Shown: positions 9,383 through 20,083 of the stretch, in pieces | Layout: each line of letters begins with the position of its first letter | Numbering within the stretch: position 1 is the stretch's first letter | DNA from: Saprospirales bacterium | GTDB taxonomy: Bacteria; Bacteroidota; Bacteroidia; Chitinophagales; JADJOU01 | Direction of reading: 5' to 3' | DNA length: 45,127 nucleotides | Assembly: GCA_947441115.1 (NCBI GenBank) | Contig: CANESS010000003.1 | Location: 1-45,127, forward strand | The notes under the pieces: model-generated | Databases searched by the model: none | What the model saw: the letters and a program-made list of their open reading frames with translations, nothing else | What the model was told of the DNA's origin: nothing | Made by a program: the position numbers and the translations under genes

Positions 9383-11173
9383 TTAAGAAACTTGGCTCAT
9401 TTTTCTTCTTATATCTTCTAGCTCTCCTTTAGGTATAGCACTGATGAGACCTTTCGTATATTCTTTTGTAGGATTATTGTAAATATCATCTGCATACCCT
9501 ATTTCCTCTATTTCGCCTTTATTCATTACGACAATTCTATCACTGATGAACTTGACTACAGATAGGTCATGCGAAATAAATATATAAGAAAATTTAAACT
9601 CTTCTCTTAGTTTGATCAATAGATTTAATACCTGCGCCTGCACAGACACATCTAAGGCCGATACTGATTCATCACAGATGATGAAACTAGGATTTAAGGC
9701 TAAAGCTCTGGCTATGCATATACGCTGACGTTGACCACCTGAAAATTCATGCGGATAGCGGTTAAACTGTTCCGGATTTAGATTGACCTTATCTAACAAT
9801 TCATAGACCTTATCTTTTCTCTCTTTAGGATTATTATATATACCATGTACGGACATTGGCTCCATAATAGCATCCCCTACTGTCATTCTTGGATTGAGAG
9901 AGGAGTATGGATCTTGGAAAATTATTTGCATTTCTTTTCGCAATTCCTTCAAATCTGATTTTGATAAATCTAGAATATTTCTACCCTTATAAATGATTTC
10001 TCCATCATAGGCAGGATTGAGACGCAGAATAGTTTTGCCTAAGGTAGTTTTACCACAACCGCTCTCTCCTACTAGTCCCAGAGTTTCTCCTTCTTTCATT
10101 TTGAAGCTCACATTATCCACCGCTTTCACATAGCCTTTTGGATTGCCAAAAAAGTCTAATTTATTAGGAAACCATACTTTTAAATCTTTAACTTCTAAAA
10201 GCTTAGGAGCTGCTTCCAGCTCTTTTCTTCTCAGTTTGGTTTCTTCTTCGGTTACTACCACTCGTTCTATAGCCTTAGTCAAATCAGATTCGATTTCAAT
10301 TAGCTTTCCATTCTCATCCTTACGCATGAAGTCTTTGATAGTAGGAAGAACTTTAAGACGCTTGGTCAATGGTGGTCTACAAGCTAATAAACCCTTAGTA
10401 TATGGATGCTGTGGATTTTCAAAAATAGATAGAATGGTGCCTTCTTCTACTATTTTACCTTTATACATCACTATAACACGGTCTGCTATTTCCGCTATGA
10501 CACCTAAATCATGCGTAATAAAAATAATAGAAGCTTCAATCTCTCTCTTCAAATCATTCATCAGATTGAGTATAGTCTTCTGAACAGTCACGTCGAGTGC
10601 TGTAGTAGGCTCATCAGCTATCAAAATACCTGGTTTACAACTCATAGCCATAGCTATCATGACACGCTGCTTCTGTCCCCCTGATAACTGATGCGGGTAT
10701 GATGATAAAATGCGACTAGGGTCAGGAAGTTTAACCTGCTCAAATAATTTTAACGTGAGATCTTCTGCTTCTTTCTTGGTTTTATTCTGATGCAGAATAA
10801 TGGCCTCTGCTACTTGATCACCACATGTATAGACAGGATTCAGAGAAGTCATAGGCTCTTGGAAAATCATCGATATTTCATTGCCCCTAATTCTTCTTAA
10901 ATCTTTATCTTCCAATTTAGTAATATCAATGACATCGCCGTCATCCGTATAATATAAAATTTCACCAGACTCTATTCTTCCCGGAGGATTAGGAATAAGG
11001 CGCATAATCGAAAGAGAGGTTACAGACTTTCCGCTACCTGATTCCCCGACAATACCAATCGTTTCTCCACGATATAAAGTAAAGCTTATATCATTCACCG
11101 CGCGAACTTCACCATCATCTGTTTTAAAAGTTGTGACTAGATTTTTAACTTCTAATAATTTTTTCTTCTCCAT
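9383..11173 (-). CDS. dipeptide/oligopeptide-type ABC transporter ATP-binding protein (fused double ATPase)
   Basis: two Walker A motifs (GESGSGKS, GESGCGKT), LSGGQ/FSGGQ signatures, HPYT motif. Confidence 0.95.
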   Translation of the reverse strand: MEKKKLLEVKNLVTTFKTDDGEVRAVNDISFTLYRGETIGIVGESGSGKSVTSLSIMRLIPNPPGRIESGEILYYTDDGDVIDITKLEDKDLRRIRGNEISMIFQEPMTSLNPVYTCGDQVAEAIILHQNKTKKEAEDLTLKLFEQVKLPDPSRILSSYPHQLSGGQKQRVMIAMAMSCKPGILIADEPTTALDVTVQKTILNLMNDLKREIEASIIFITHDLGVIAEIADRVIVMYKGKIVEEGTILSIFENPQHPYTKGLLACRPPLTKRLKVLPTIKDFMRKDENGKLIEIESDLTKAIERVVVTEEETKLRRKELEAAPKLLEVKDLKVWFPNKLDFFGNPKGYVKAVDNVSFKMKEGETLGLVGESGCGKTTLGKTILRLNPAYDGEIIYKGRNILDLSKSDLKELRKEMQIIFQDPYSSLNPRMTVGDAIMEPMSVHGIYNNPKERKDKVYELLDKVNLNPEQFNRYPHEFSGGQRQRICIARALALNPSFIICDESVSALDVSVQAQVLNLLIKLREEFKFSYIFISHDLSVVKFISDRIVVMNKGEIEEIGYADDIYNNPTKEYTKGLISAIPKGELEDIRRKMSQVS

Positions 11174-11247
11174 TGTTCTATCTATATTAAAACTGCGAAT
11201 GTATACAATTAGGTAAAAATAAATAATTGAACTTAATTCAATGTAAT

Positions 11248-12609
11248 TTACTTTATGATATAGGTTCCTGCATCTCTAAACTTAAAATATCTGGGATTTA
11301 GACTATCATAACAAATTGTTTCCCATATTGTTATCCATTTATCAGTTTCACTCATGTCTTTATTATATTTCCCAACATTATCGACTACAATGATTGAACT
11401 AGATTTACCATTTATTATAGTAGAAATAAGCCATGTTTCAAAAGAAGAACTCCAAAATAATCTAAGATTTTGAAAGTCGTTTTGATTAGCTATTTTAATA
11501 ACCTTTTGCCCGTGATATTCCTTGATTAATTCTTTTAGGTAGTTTACTCTGCCGGTATACTGATGCGAGAGATCTGTAACTCTATGGTTAAAAGCCAAAA
11601 ACATGAGGAGCAGCCAACCAATATGATAATTTTTATTCAAATTAATTGAAAGACAGAAAACGAATATGCAACCCATGAAAAAAATAATTAAGTTATACTG
11701 GACTTCCGAATAGAATAAATCCATATTCATACCATAGCCAATGTATATTAGTAGAATCAAGCTAACAGAATAAACCACTAATATAGCTGATAGAATAAAC
11801 TTTTTAGAGTAGATTAAATATCCTATTGTCAGGATAAAGGCGCATACTAGAAATTTAAAATTTAGGATAAACTTATTATAAATAACTGAGATTTTTAAAC
11901 CCTTTCTCTCTTGAGAAAAGTCATTGAAAAAATGAATTAACTTATCGTTAAACATATTATCATATCCATTTTCAAAAAATATTTTTTTTAACAGTGAGAT
12001 GACTATGAAGATACCAATCTGAAAAATATATTGTCTTCTATATTCAGGTTTTTCAAAAAATAAAATGAAAAAATAAAATGAAAAAATAAATAAGATTAAT
12101 GGATGCATAAAAACTAAGGAAACAACAAATCCCAGATTAAGCAAGTGTAAATAATAGAATTTCTTTGAATTGACAAGCTGCCATTCCAAAAATGAAACAT
12201 AAACTATGAACCATGAAATGCCCTGAACTAATTCACACTGTGGCCAATAAAAAGAGTGCCCAACGATTAGGAAGTGATATATTAAAAATAAAATAGCATT
12301 TTTTCTATCCTTAAATACGAATGCAATGAATACATAACAAATCCCATATACTATAGGAAACGAAGCAGAATAAATCCGAGCAATTGTTTCAAGAGAAAAA
12401 TTTAATTTGACTCCAATTAATGGGAAAATCTGGGTAAAAAAAGCAAGGTAACGATTTACTTGAATCGTTAAATCTTCTGATCGAACTATACTAAATAATT
12501 GAAAAGCAGAATCTATCATAGAAACTCTTTCCATGTAATAGACTAGCGCTAAAAGAATATAGAACAAAAAGTAAATTACTCCGAAAATTTGTATAAATCG
12601 GATACTCAT
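11248..12609 (-). CDS. polytopic membrane protein of unknown function
   Basis: 453-aa ORF with about 10 hydrophobic segments and a soluble C-terminal tail; very AT-rich. Confidence 0.7.
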   Translation of the reverse strand: MSIRFIQIFGVIYFLFYILLALVYYMERVSMIDSAFQLFSIVRSEDLTIQVNRYLAFFTQIFPLIGVKLNFSLETIARIYSASFPIVYGICYVFIAFVFKDRKNAILFLIYHFLIVGHSFYWPQCELVQGISWFIVYVSFLEWQLVNSKKFYYLHLLNLGFVVSLVFMHPLILFIFSFYFFILFFEKPEYRRQYIFQIGIFIVISLLKKIFFENGYDNMFNDKLIHFFNDFSQERKGLKISVIYNKFILNFKFLVCAFILTIGYLIYSKKFILSAILVVYSVSLILLIYIGYGMNMDLFYSEVQYNLIIFFMGCIFVFCLSINLNKNYHIGWLLLMFLAFNHRVTDLSHQYTGRVNYLKELIKEYHGQKVIKIANQNDFQNLRLFWSSSFETWLISTIINGKSSSIIVVDNVGKYNKDMSETDKWITIWETICYDSLNPRYFKFRDAGTYIIK

Positions 12610-12616
12610 AACTATC

Positions 12617-13885
12617 CTAAAGCATTAATAATGCCTCCACAGGATCAGAACCTATGAGCATTTTTTCGGGATTTTCTAGAAAGTCTTTGACTGTCACTAA
12701 AAAGCCTACACTTTCTTTCCCGTCAATAATTCTGTGGTCATAACTCAGAGCTACGTACATCATGGGTCTTACGACTATTTGTCCGCTCTCTACCATAGGT
12801 CTATCTTGTATTTTATGCATACCTAGTATAGCCGATTGGGGTGGGTTTATAATCGGCGTGCTCATAAGTGATCCGAATACACCCCCGTTGGTGATGGTAA
12901 ATGTACCACCCTCCATGTCTTCCATAGATAGATTGCCATCTCTACCTTTAGCTGCCAAATGAGCTACGGTTTTTTCTATACCATCCATAGTCAGGCTCTC
13001 TGCATTGCGTATTACTGGCACTACAAGACCCTTAGGAGTAGATACGGCTATAGATATATCTGCATAATTATGATAAATGAGTTCCCCTTTTTCGACATCT
13101 ATATACGCATTAACCTCAGGATACTTCATGAGAGCTAGGCTGCATGCCTTGGTGAAGAAGCTCATAAATCCTAGGTTGATACCATGTACTTCTTTAAATT
13201 TATCCTTATACTTAGCTCTAATATCCATAATAGGCTGCATATTCACCTCGTTAAAGGTGGTGAGCATAGCAGTGCTGTTTTTCGCATAGACCAGCCTCTC
13301 AGAGATCACTTTTCTTATTCTAGGCATCTTCTTTACCTCCTCCGCTCTGCTATAAATAGCTTGCGATTTTGAGAGTACTTTAAAGCCATCTTTAATACTA
13401 CTCGTGCCATTTTTTATGGCTAGAATCACATCTTCTTTGGTAATTCGACCATCTTTTCCTGTGCCTAGTATTTGAAAAACATCTAAATTATTCTCCACTA
13501 TCATCTTCTGCGCAGAAGTCGAAGGAGTGGAGCTAGCATAGTGCTTAACCTGAGGAATAGGCTCTGTTGTTTTCTCGGCTTTCACCTCTTTTTGCGGCTG
13601 TGAAGCCTCCTTTTTCGTTTCATCCACTGGTTTCTTAGCTGGAGCGGCGGCACTGGTATCTATTTTAGCTATTAACCCACCTACTTTGACATCATCACCT
13701 TCAGATACTATGAGTTTTATTTGACCAGCCTTTTCAGCGATAAGCTCTTGAGAGGCTTTGTCAGTCTCTACCTCACATAGAGGTTGATCTATAGTTACAT
13801 AATCACCATCCTTGACCAGCCAGGTACCAAGGGTGACTTCAGTGATAGATTCTGCTACATTAGGGATGACAACATCTAGTATCAT
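12617..13885 (-). CDS. sucB: 2-oxoglutarate dehydrogenase E2, dihydrolipoyllysine succinyltransferase
   Basis: lipoyl motif VETDKA, E3-binding [13 protein letters not shown], catalytic [21 protein letters not shown]. Confidence 0.96.
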   Translation of the reverse strand: MILDVVIPNVAESITEVTLGTWLVKDGDYVTIDQPLCEVETDKASQELIAEKAGQIKLIVSEGDDVKVGGLIAKIDTSAAAPAKKPVDETKKEASQPQKEVKAEKTTEPIPQVKHYASSTPSTSAQKMIVENNLDVFQILGTGKDGRITKEDVILAIKNGTSSIKDGFKVLSKSQAIYSRAEEVKKMPRIRKVISERLVYAKNSTAMLTTFNEVNMQPIMDIRAKYKDKFKEVHGINLGFMSFFTKACSLALMKYPEVNAYIDVEKGELIYHNYADISIAVSTPKGLVVPVIRNAESLTMDGIEKTVAHLAAKGRDGNLSMEDMEGGTFTITNGGVFGSLMSTPIINPPQSAILGMHKIQDRPMVESGQIVVRPMMYVALSYDHRIIDGKESVGFLVTVKDFLENPEKMLIGSDPVEALLML

Positions 13886-13904
13886 GGATATAATTACTTT
13901 TAGG

Positions 13905-13912
13905 CAAATATA
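13905..13912 (-). promoter_or_regulatory. -7 promoter element (TATATTTG) for sucB
   Basis: TAnnTTTG on the minus strand about 20 bp upstream of the sucB start. Confidence 0.6.
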
Positions 13913-14037
13913 GAGAGTATCTCGCTGAATTCACGCTAAGATTTGCTAAATTGAGCCAACTCAATAGGTATACAAATTAAGCCACAACATTTCGACAATA
14001 TGTGGATGACTGTTCCCATGATTTTAAACTATACAAG

Positions 14038-14045
14038 TATTTTTG
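14038..14045 (+). promoter_or_regulatory. -7 promoter element (TATTTTTG) for thyA
   Basis: TAnnTTTG about 20 bp upstream of the ATG at 14066. Confidence 0.55.
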
Positions 14046-14065
14046 TATTCAAAGACACTGAAAAA

Positions 14066-14947
14066 ATGCGAACATACTTAGATTTACTAGATAAAATCCT
14101 TCAGGATGGTACGGATAAAAGTGACAGAACTGGAGTAGGGACGCGAAGTCTATTTGGCTATCAAATGCGATTTAATCTCAATGAAGGTTTCCCTCTCGTG
14201 ACAACGAAGGAATTACATTTGAAATCAATTATATATGAATTACTCTGGTTTCTTAAGGGAGAAACCAACATAAAATATTTGATAGACAATGGTGTAGGGA
14301 TATGGAATGATTGGCCTTTTGAGAACTATAAGAAAAATGAGACTTATCAAAGCGAGACTATCCAGGAATTTGCTAAAAAAATAAAAGAAGATAGCGTTTT
14401 TGCAGATAAATGGGGAGAGCTAGGTCCTGTATACGGTCGTCAATGGAGGCATTGGGAAGGACTCAATGGTGTCAAGGTGGATCAGATAGTAGACCTAATG
14501 ACACAGCTAAAGAACAATCCCGATTCTAGGCGACATATAGTCAGTGCTTGGAACCCAACCGAGATAGGCAATATGGCCTTGCCTCCTTGCCATTGTTTAT
14601 TTCAATTCTATATAGCCGATGAAAAACTCAGCTGCCATCTTTATCAGCGCAGTGCTGATGTATTTCTCGGAGTACCCTTCAATATAGCCTCTTATTCACT
14701 TTTTACGTATATGATTGCACATGTCTTAGATTTAAAACTAGGTGATTTTGTGCATACTTTCGGAGATGTCCATTTATATCACAACCATATAGATCAAGCG
14801 AAGCTTCAGCTGTCGCGAGAGCCATTCCCTCTTCCGAGTCTTCATTTTAGGAGAAAAATAGACTCTATTTTTGATTTTGGATATGAAGATATCGAAATTA
14901 GAGACTATCAATTTCACCCAAAAATCAAAGCCGAAGTAGCTGTATAA
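14066..14947 (+). CDS. thyA: thymidylate synthase
   Basis: DRTGVGT, FPLVTTK, MALPPCH (catalytic Cys), [14 protein letters not shown]; start set at MRTYLDLL because of the conserved N-terminus and the promoter motif. Confidence 0.97.
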   Translation: MRTYLDLLDKILQDGTDKSDRTGVGTRSLFGYQMRFNLNEGFPLVTTKELHLKSIIYELLWFLKGETNIKYLIDNGVGIWNDWPFENYKKNETYQSETIQEFAKKIKEDSVFADKWGELGPVYGRQWRHWEGLNGVKVDQIVDLMTQLKNNPDSRRHIVSAWNPTEIGNMALPPCHCLFQFYIADEKLSCHLYQRSADVFLGVPFNIASYSLFTYMIAHVLDLKLGDFVHTFGDVHLYHNHIDQAKLQLSREPFPLPSLHFRRKIDSIFDFGYEDIEIRDYQFHPKIKAEVAV

Positions 14948-14958
14948 AAAACTACTCT

Positions 14959-16329
14959 ATGAAATATAGTTTCCTAATTTTAATTACCCTTATTCACCCC
15001 AGCCTGCATGCCCAGAAAAAGGTAAAGATTGATACTAGTCTGAAACCCTTGCAGTATCTACTCCATATACTAGATACCACCAATGTCAAAATAAACAATC
15101 TAAAATTTCAAGGACTCAAATCATCTTTAGGCAGGTTTAATATCCAAGTAGATTCATTTGAAATTAAAGAAGGAATCGTTTTTACCACAGGAAATTTGAA
15201 CACCTTAGGCGGGGGAAATAAAACACCTGGAACCAGTGGTCTAGCCTGGGACAATAAATATAGATTTAAAGGCGATAGAGATTTAGGAAAATTATCAAGA
15301 GGTAAAGTCTGCGATCAAGTATATATAGAATTTGACTTTATTCCACTTGAAAATGAAATAAAATTCAATTATATTTTTGCTTCTGAGGAATATAAAGAGT
15401 ATGTCGGAAGTCGATTTAATGATGTGTTTGGATTTATCATTACAGGAGATGGAAATTTTTATAAAAACTTAGCACTCATACCTGAAACTAGGACACCGGT
15501 AACTATTAATAATGTAAATCACTTAAGAAACAACCAATATTTTATAAATAATGCATGCTTTGTTAACTCCAATATTAAGAAAGACGTTGTAGACGACCTA
15601 GAGCCAAGAGAGCCTTTTATTAAGGATATTATCGGTAGACTTTTCGGAGCTAAGTCGAAAGATTTTTCGGTAGACGATGTCGAACGAAAGACACTCAATG
15701 CTGAACTTTTTAATAATATTGAGTTTGACGGACTGACTCGAAAATTAACTGCTAGTTGCTTTTTGACGCCATATAAGGTATATCATATGAAAATAGCCAT
15801 TGGAGATATTGGAGATCCCATGTTTGATAGCGGCGTGTTTCTCGAATACCAATCTTTTACTGCACAAAAAAACCCGAAAGCTCCTTATTTCAAAAACTAT
15901 GAAAATTTAAGAGAGGAAATCAATTTTGATAGTCTATTTCAGTTAAAGCTAATCACGCCAATCACCATTGATTCCCCTAAGCAAATTGAAGAAAAATTTG
16001 AAATAACCAATATTAATTTTGAATATAACAAATTTGATATTCCTGATTCAAGTCAAATAGATGTGAGAGAGCTCGCTATTTATCTTAATAAGAATAAAGA
16101 TTATCGAGTCCACCTCCTAGGCTATACTGATAATATAGGGACAATAGACTATAATCAAAAATTATCTGAACAACGCGCCAAAACAGTAAAAAAATTGTTG
16201 CTCGAAAACGGCGTGGAAGAAGACCGAATCAATTATATAGGCAACAACCATGACAATCCACTAGCTAGCAATGAAAGTGAGCATGGCAGAGCTAAAAATA
16301 GACGAGTAGAGATAGTAGTATTGGAATAA
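14959..16329 (+). CDS. choice-of-anchor L domain fused to a C-terminal OmpA-like peptidoglycan-binding domain
   Basis: YIFASEEY..YVGSRFNDVFGF and IAIGDIGD..FDSGVF (choice-of-anchor L); GYTDNIG..YNQKLSEQRA...NRRVE (OmpA_C). Confidence 0.85.
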   Translation: MKYSFLILITLIHPSLHAQKKVKIDTSLKPLQYLLHILDTTNVKINNLKFQGLKSSLGRFNIQVDSFEIKEGIVFTTGNLNTLGGGNKTPGTSGLAWDNKYRFKGDRDLGKLSRGKVCDQVYIEFDFIPLENEIKFNYIFASEEYKEYVGSRFNDVFGFIITGDGNFYKNLALIPETRTPVTINNVNHLRNNQYFINNACFVNSNIKKDVVDDLEPREPFIKDIIGRLFGAKSKDFSVDDVERKTLNAELFNNIEFDGLTRKLTASCFLTPYKVYHMKIAIGDIGDPMFDSGVFLEYQSFTAQKNPKAPYFKNYENLREEINFDSLFQLKLITPITIDSPKQIEEKFEITNINFEYNKFDIPDSSQIDVRELAIYLNKNKDYRVHLLGYTDNIGTIDYNQKLSEQRAKTVKKLLLENGVEEDRINYIGNNHDNPLASNESEHGRAKNRRVEIVVLE

Positions 16330-16349
16330 AAACCGCCAGCAAAGCAAAC

Positions 16350-17122
16350 ACTTAGAAAATGAGCTAGGCTATATCTAACATAGAAATTTCATTCGAATTT
16401 ACAATATTAACAGACTCATTAATAAATAAATTTTTATAAAAACAATTGACTGTAGCCTGAATATTGTCAACTATATAACAAAAAGTGCGCGACTAGGAGG
16501 TATCTCCATATATAGTTAATAATTCTTCTAAAAAGGCAGCATGCATAATTTTTTCATCACGAAATCCTTGTTCTGCATAGGTCCATAGGTACTGAAAAAT
16601 CTGAACAGAGTATATTCCATCCAAACTCTTTATTATAACTTCACAGATAAGCCTCAGCAACATTTTTCAATATAGCATATGACAGTCTGGAGTTCAACGA
16701 TGTGGTTTTCTCATGCTGAGGCTGCTCAAATGGCTCTGCATATACTTTGCTGCTGGAAGAGAATTAAATTCTTTTTACCCAAGTAGACACAGATAACATC
16801 AAACTAGAATCTATTCCTTTAATATAATTAAATACCAAAATGAGACTATCTATTGTTCTTTTTACACCTACAACTGCAGCATAGTGAAATGAAAAATCAA
16901 ACTAAAAATAAGTCATGAAAGTAGATATCTACTTTTTATCATTGACAACGCACACAATGAATCTATAATTTATTGGGGGGATTTTTAGGTAAATTCGGCC
17001 TCGTTCCTGCCAGTAAATTGTCTGCGGCTGCAATAAAGTTATCTCTATCTTCAAATAGCTTATCTACCAAACAACTCCCTACCTAACCAGCAGCTCCAAT
17101 AACAAATATTCTACTTTTTTAA
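16350..17122 (-). pseudogene. NAD-dependent epimerase/dehydratase (extended SDR) pseudogene
   Basis: hand translation across frames gives IFVIGAAG*VGSCLVDKL, DNLLAG, FHYAAVVGVKRT, FSSSSKVYAEP, LNSRLSYAILKNVAEAYL (YxxxK), FRFFSTYGP; multiple stops and frameshifts; ends are approximate. Confidence 0.88.
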
Positions 17123-17155
17123 TGCTTACTTTGACTTTCAGAGGTTGGCCTGAAC

Positions 17156-18025
17156 TTAAAATTTCTCGTTTGCTACGTCCAATAAATACTGTCCATACCC
17201 ACTTTTTGTAAGGGGCTCTGCGATTTTCAAAAGCTGAGTTCTATCGATAAAGCCTTTTCTATAGGCGATCTCCTCTATACATCCGATTTTAAATCCTTGA
17301 CGATTTTCTATAACCTGCACAAATTGGGAAGCCTGCATCAAAGATTCATGCGTACCGGTATCTAGCCAAGCAGTGCCTCTCTCCAATATACTGACATTTA
17401 GCTTACCATTTTCTAGATAGATTCTATTCAAATCAGTAATTTCATACTCTCCTCTAGTTCCTGGCTTTAAATTCTTAGCGAACTCTACCACTGAATTATC
17501 ATAAAAATAAAGTCCTGGCACAGCATAATTAGACTTGGGAGTGGAAGGCTTTTCTTCCAGACTAATCGCTTTTTTATTCTCATCAAATTCTACGACACCA
17601 TATCGCTCTGGATCTGAAACTCTATAGGCATATATGATACCACCTTCTGGATCATTATTCTTTTCAAGTAATTTTCCAAGACCTGCACCATAGAAAATGT
17701 TATCCCCAAGAATTAAGGCAGATTTATCATTGCCTATAAATTTCTCCCCAATAACAAAAGCTTGAGCCAGTCCATTCGGAATTTCCTGAACAGCATAGGA
17801 AAATTTACAACCAATCTGACTTCCGTCTCCCAATAATCTTTCAAACTGAGGTAAATCATTAGGGGTAGAAATAATTAATATCTCACGTATACCACTGAGC
17901 AATAGTGTGGATAGAGGATAATAAATCATGGGCTTATCGTAGATAGGCATGATCTGCTTGCTAATAGCATAAGTAATTGGATACAATCTTGTACCACTGC
18001 CACCTGCCAGTATTATTCCTTTCAT
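17156..18025 (-). CDS. rfbA: glucose-1-phosphate thymidylyltransferase
   Basis: [48 protein letters not shown]. Confidence 0.97.
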   Translation of the reverse strand: MKGIILAGGSGTRLYPITYAISKQIMPIYDKPMIYYPLSTLLLSGIREILIISTPNDLPQFERLLGDGSQIGCKFSYAVQEIPNGLAQAFVIGEKFIGNDKSALILGDNIFYGAGLGKLLEKNNDPEGGIIYAYRVSDPERYGVVEFDENKKAISLEEKPSTPKSNYAVPGLYFYDNSVVEFAKNLKPGTRGEYEITDLNRIYLENGKLNVSILERGTAWLDTGTHESLMQASQFVQVIENRQGFKIGCIEEIAYRKGFIDRTQLLKIAEPLTKSGYGQYLLDVANEKF

Positions 18026-18037
18026 GTAAATTAAATT

Positions 18038-19204
18038 TTACTTTATCAATTTTTGTATTTCAGCATCCAGTGCAGGACCACGAAGGTCTTTTGCTGCTAT
18101 TTTACCTGATTTATCTAGAAGGTATGTCTTAGGAATATAACTGACATCAAAGGTAGAGGAAGCTACGCCGCCTGCCATATTATCTGAAAAATGTGTTTTC
18201 CAAATCAATCCATCCTGGCCTATTGCAGCTTTCCATTTTGCCAAATCTTGGTCTTGTGAAATACTCAATATGACTAAACCTCTATCTTTATATTTATTAT
18301 AGGCCGCCACCACATTTGGGTTTTCCATTCTGCATGGTCTGCACCAGCTTGCCCAGAAATCCATTAATACAATTTTTCCTTTGAATGAAGATAACTTCAC
18401 CTTTGAACCATCATCTTTTACTAGGTCAATATCAGGAGCTAAAGAACCAACATCCAGTTTAATTTTGGATTCAGCCATTTTCTTTTGCATATCTAGATTA
18501 TTAACGATCGCTTGAAAATCTTTTGTATACTGTGAGTTTGGCAATTCTTTGGTCATCTTATCAGCATATAGTCTGATATCCTGTGTCAATTGCTCAGGGA
18601 CTGCTTGATTCTGAAACTGCTGCAGCATGACTGAATATAAGTAATATTTCGTCATCAGGTTCTTTGATGTTTGAATCACCCCAGTGACATATTTATTGAA
18701 ATTATCATTCTTACTATTAATCTGCACCCCTATTTCCTCAGACTCTTTTGAGTTTGGATCTTTTTGAGAGAGGGCATTATACTGCTGATACAGCTGCCCG
18801 ATATCAGCCTGATGCGCGCCGAAATTTTTCAATAAGTCTTGGAATTCCTTCTGAGCTTCATTGCTTGTGACACTGTAACTCACAGGATTCTTTTCATCCA
18901 ATGTTGCTTGAATTAGTTCTCTCTTATTGAGACTAAGAAACCAAAATAATTCGCCTTGTGGATTATTCGCTCGTATTCTCAAACGATAAAAACCAAGACC
19001 TTCAATTGACCCTTTCAATGTGAATAGTCCATTCTTTAGGATAGAACTATCTATCATCTTAATCTCTGTATGAGAGATACGCTCTAAATATATAGATTGA
19101 GCGGCAGTATTATTAAGTTTGCCATTGATTACATAATCGTCTCCACCAATTGCATTGCAATTTGTTAAAATAATGGTCAAAAAAGCAAATAGTATTCTCT
19201 TCAT
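18038..19204 (-). CDS. TlpA-family disulfide reductase lipoprotein (DUF4369 + AhpC/TSA domain)
   Basis: DFWASWCRPCR thioredoxin motif; lipobox-like Cys after the N-terminal hydrophobic stretch. Confidence 0.88.
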   Translation of the reverse strand: MKRILFAFLTIILTNCNAIGGDDYVINGKLNNTAAQSIYLERISHTEIKMIDSSILKNGLFTLKGSIEGLGFYRLRIRANNPQGELFWFLSLNKRELIQATLDEKNPVSYSVTSNEAQKEFQDLLKNFGAHQADIGQLYQQYNALSQKDPNSKESEEIGVQINSKNDNFNKYVTGVIQTSKNLMTKYYLYSVMLQQFQNQAVPEQLTQDIRLYADKMTKELPNSQYTKDFQAIVNNLDMQKKMAESKIKLDVGSLAPDIDLVKDDGSKVKLSSFKGKIVLMDFWASWCRPCRMENPNVVAAYNKYKDRGLVILSISQDQDLAKWKAAIGQDGLIWKTHFSDNMAGGVASSTFDVSYIPKTYLLDKSGKIAAKDLRGPALDAEIQKLIK

Positions 19205-19270
19205 TTTTTTATGTTTTATTTTATTAAAAATATAATTTAATAGTGTAATACAAAAATATTGAATATTAGA

Positions 19271-20068
19271 TTAAAGCTTCACTTCTTTTAGGCTAATCTT
19301 AGTACCAAAAAATTTTTCGGCTGATTTTTCAAAATTTTTAGTTAAATCAGAAACAATATAGTCATTTTCTTTTTCCCTGTTTTGGCTCAGAAGTTCTTCC
19401 TTAGCTAAAATGACTTTTAACTTTTCTGCCACTACAGGACCGGATAATAGAAGCTTGACTTTATGCTGATAATACTCAGATATATCATCCGCTATCAGCG
19501 GATAATGAGTGCATGCTAAAACGAGAGCATCAATATCTGCCAGCTTTGAGTCGCTCAGATATTTGCCTATTATGGTATAAGAGATTTCATCATGGATAAA
19601 GTTCTCTTCAATCATAGAAGCTAATAGTGGTGTAGCCATAACTGTATAATCTTGACTGGGTGCCCTGCGCTGAAGTTTATCTTGATATACATTTGAGTCC
19701 ACTGTTCCCCGAGTAGCTATAATACCTATTTTTTTATATGAGGAGCCTACAATGATCTCTATCATTGGGTCTATAACATTAATAATCGGAACTTGGCCTT
19801 CATAAAGAAGTTTCAAATGATTATAAGCGACTGCCGATGCTGTATTGCATGCTATGACCACCGCTTTACATTTTTTCTCTTCAATAAGGTATTGAGTAAT
19901 TTTAGTCGAAAATTCTTGAATCAACTCTGGAGATTTCTCACCATAAGGCATGTGCTCTGAGTCTCCAAAATAAACTAGATGCTCATTTGGTAAGAGACTA
20001 GAAATAGCATTGGCGACCGTAAGGCCGCCAATACCACTATCAAAAATCCCTATACTCTGAGAGCTCAA
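19271..20068 (-). CDS. murI: glutamate racemase
   Basis: IGIFDSGIGGLTV, PYGEKS, VIACNTAS, LACTHYP. Confidence 0.97.
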   Translation of the reverse strand: MSSQSIGIFDSGIGGLTVANAISSLLPNEHLVYFGDSEHMPYGEKSPELIQEFSTKITQYLIEEKKCKAVVIACNTASAVAYNHLKLLYEGQVPIINVIDPMIEIIVGSSYKKIGIIATRGTVDSNVYQDKLQRRAPSQDYTVMATPLLASMIEENFIHDEISYTIIGKYLSDSKLADIDALVLACTHYPLIADDISEYYQHKVKLLLSGPVVAEKLKVILAKEELLSQNREKENDYIVSDLTKNFEKSAEKFFGTKISLKEVKL

Positions 20069-20083
20069 AAGGAAATATTATAA

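Noticed and set aside
14000-14065. 22-aa N-terminal extension of ThyA given by the ORF track
   Set aside because: A TAnnTTTG promoter motif lies inside it and the conserved ThyA N-terminus starts at 14066.
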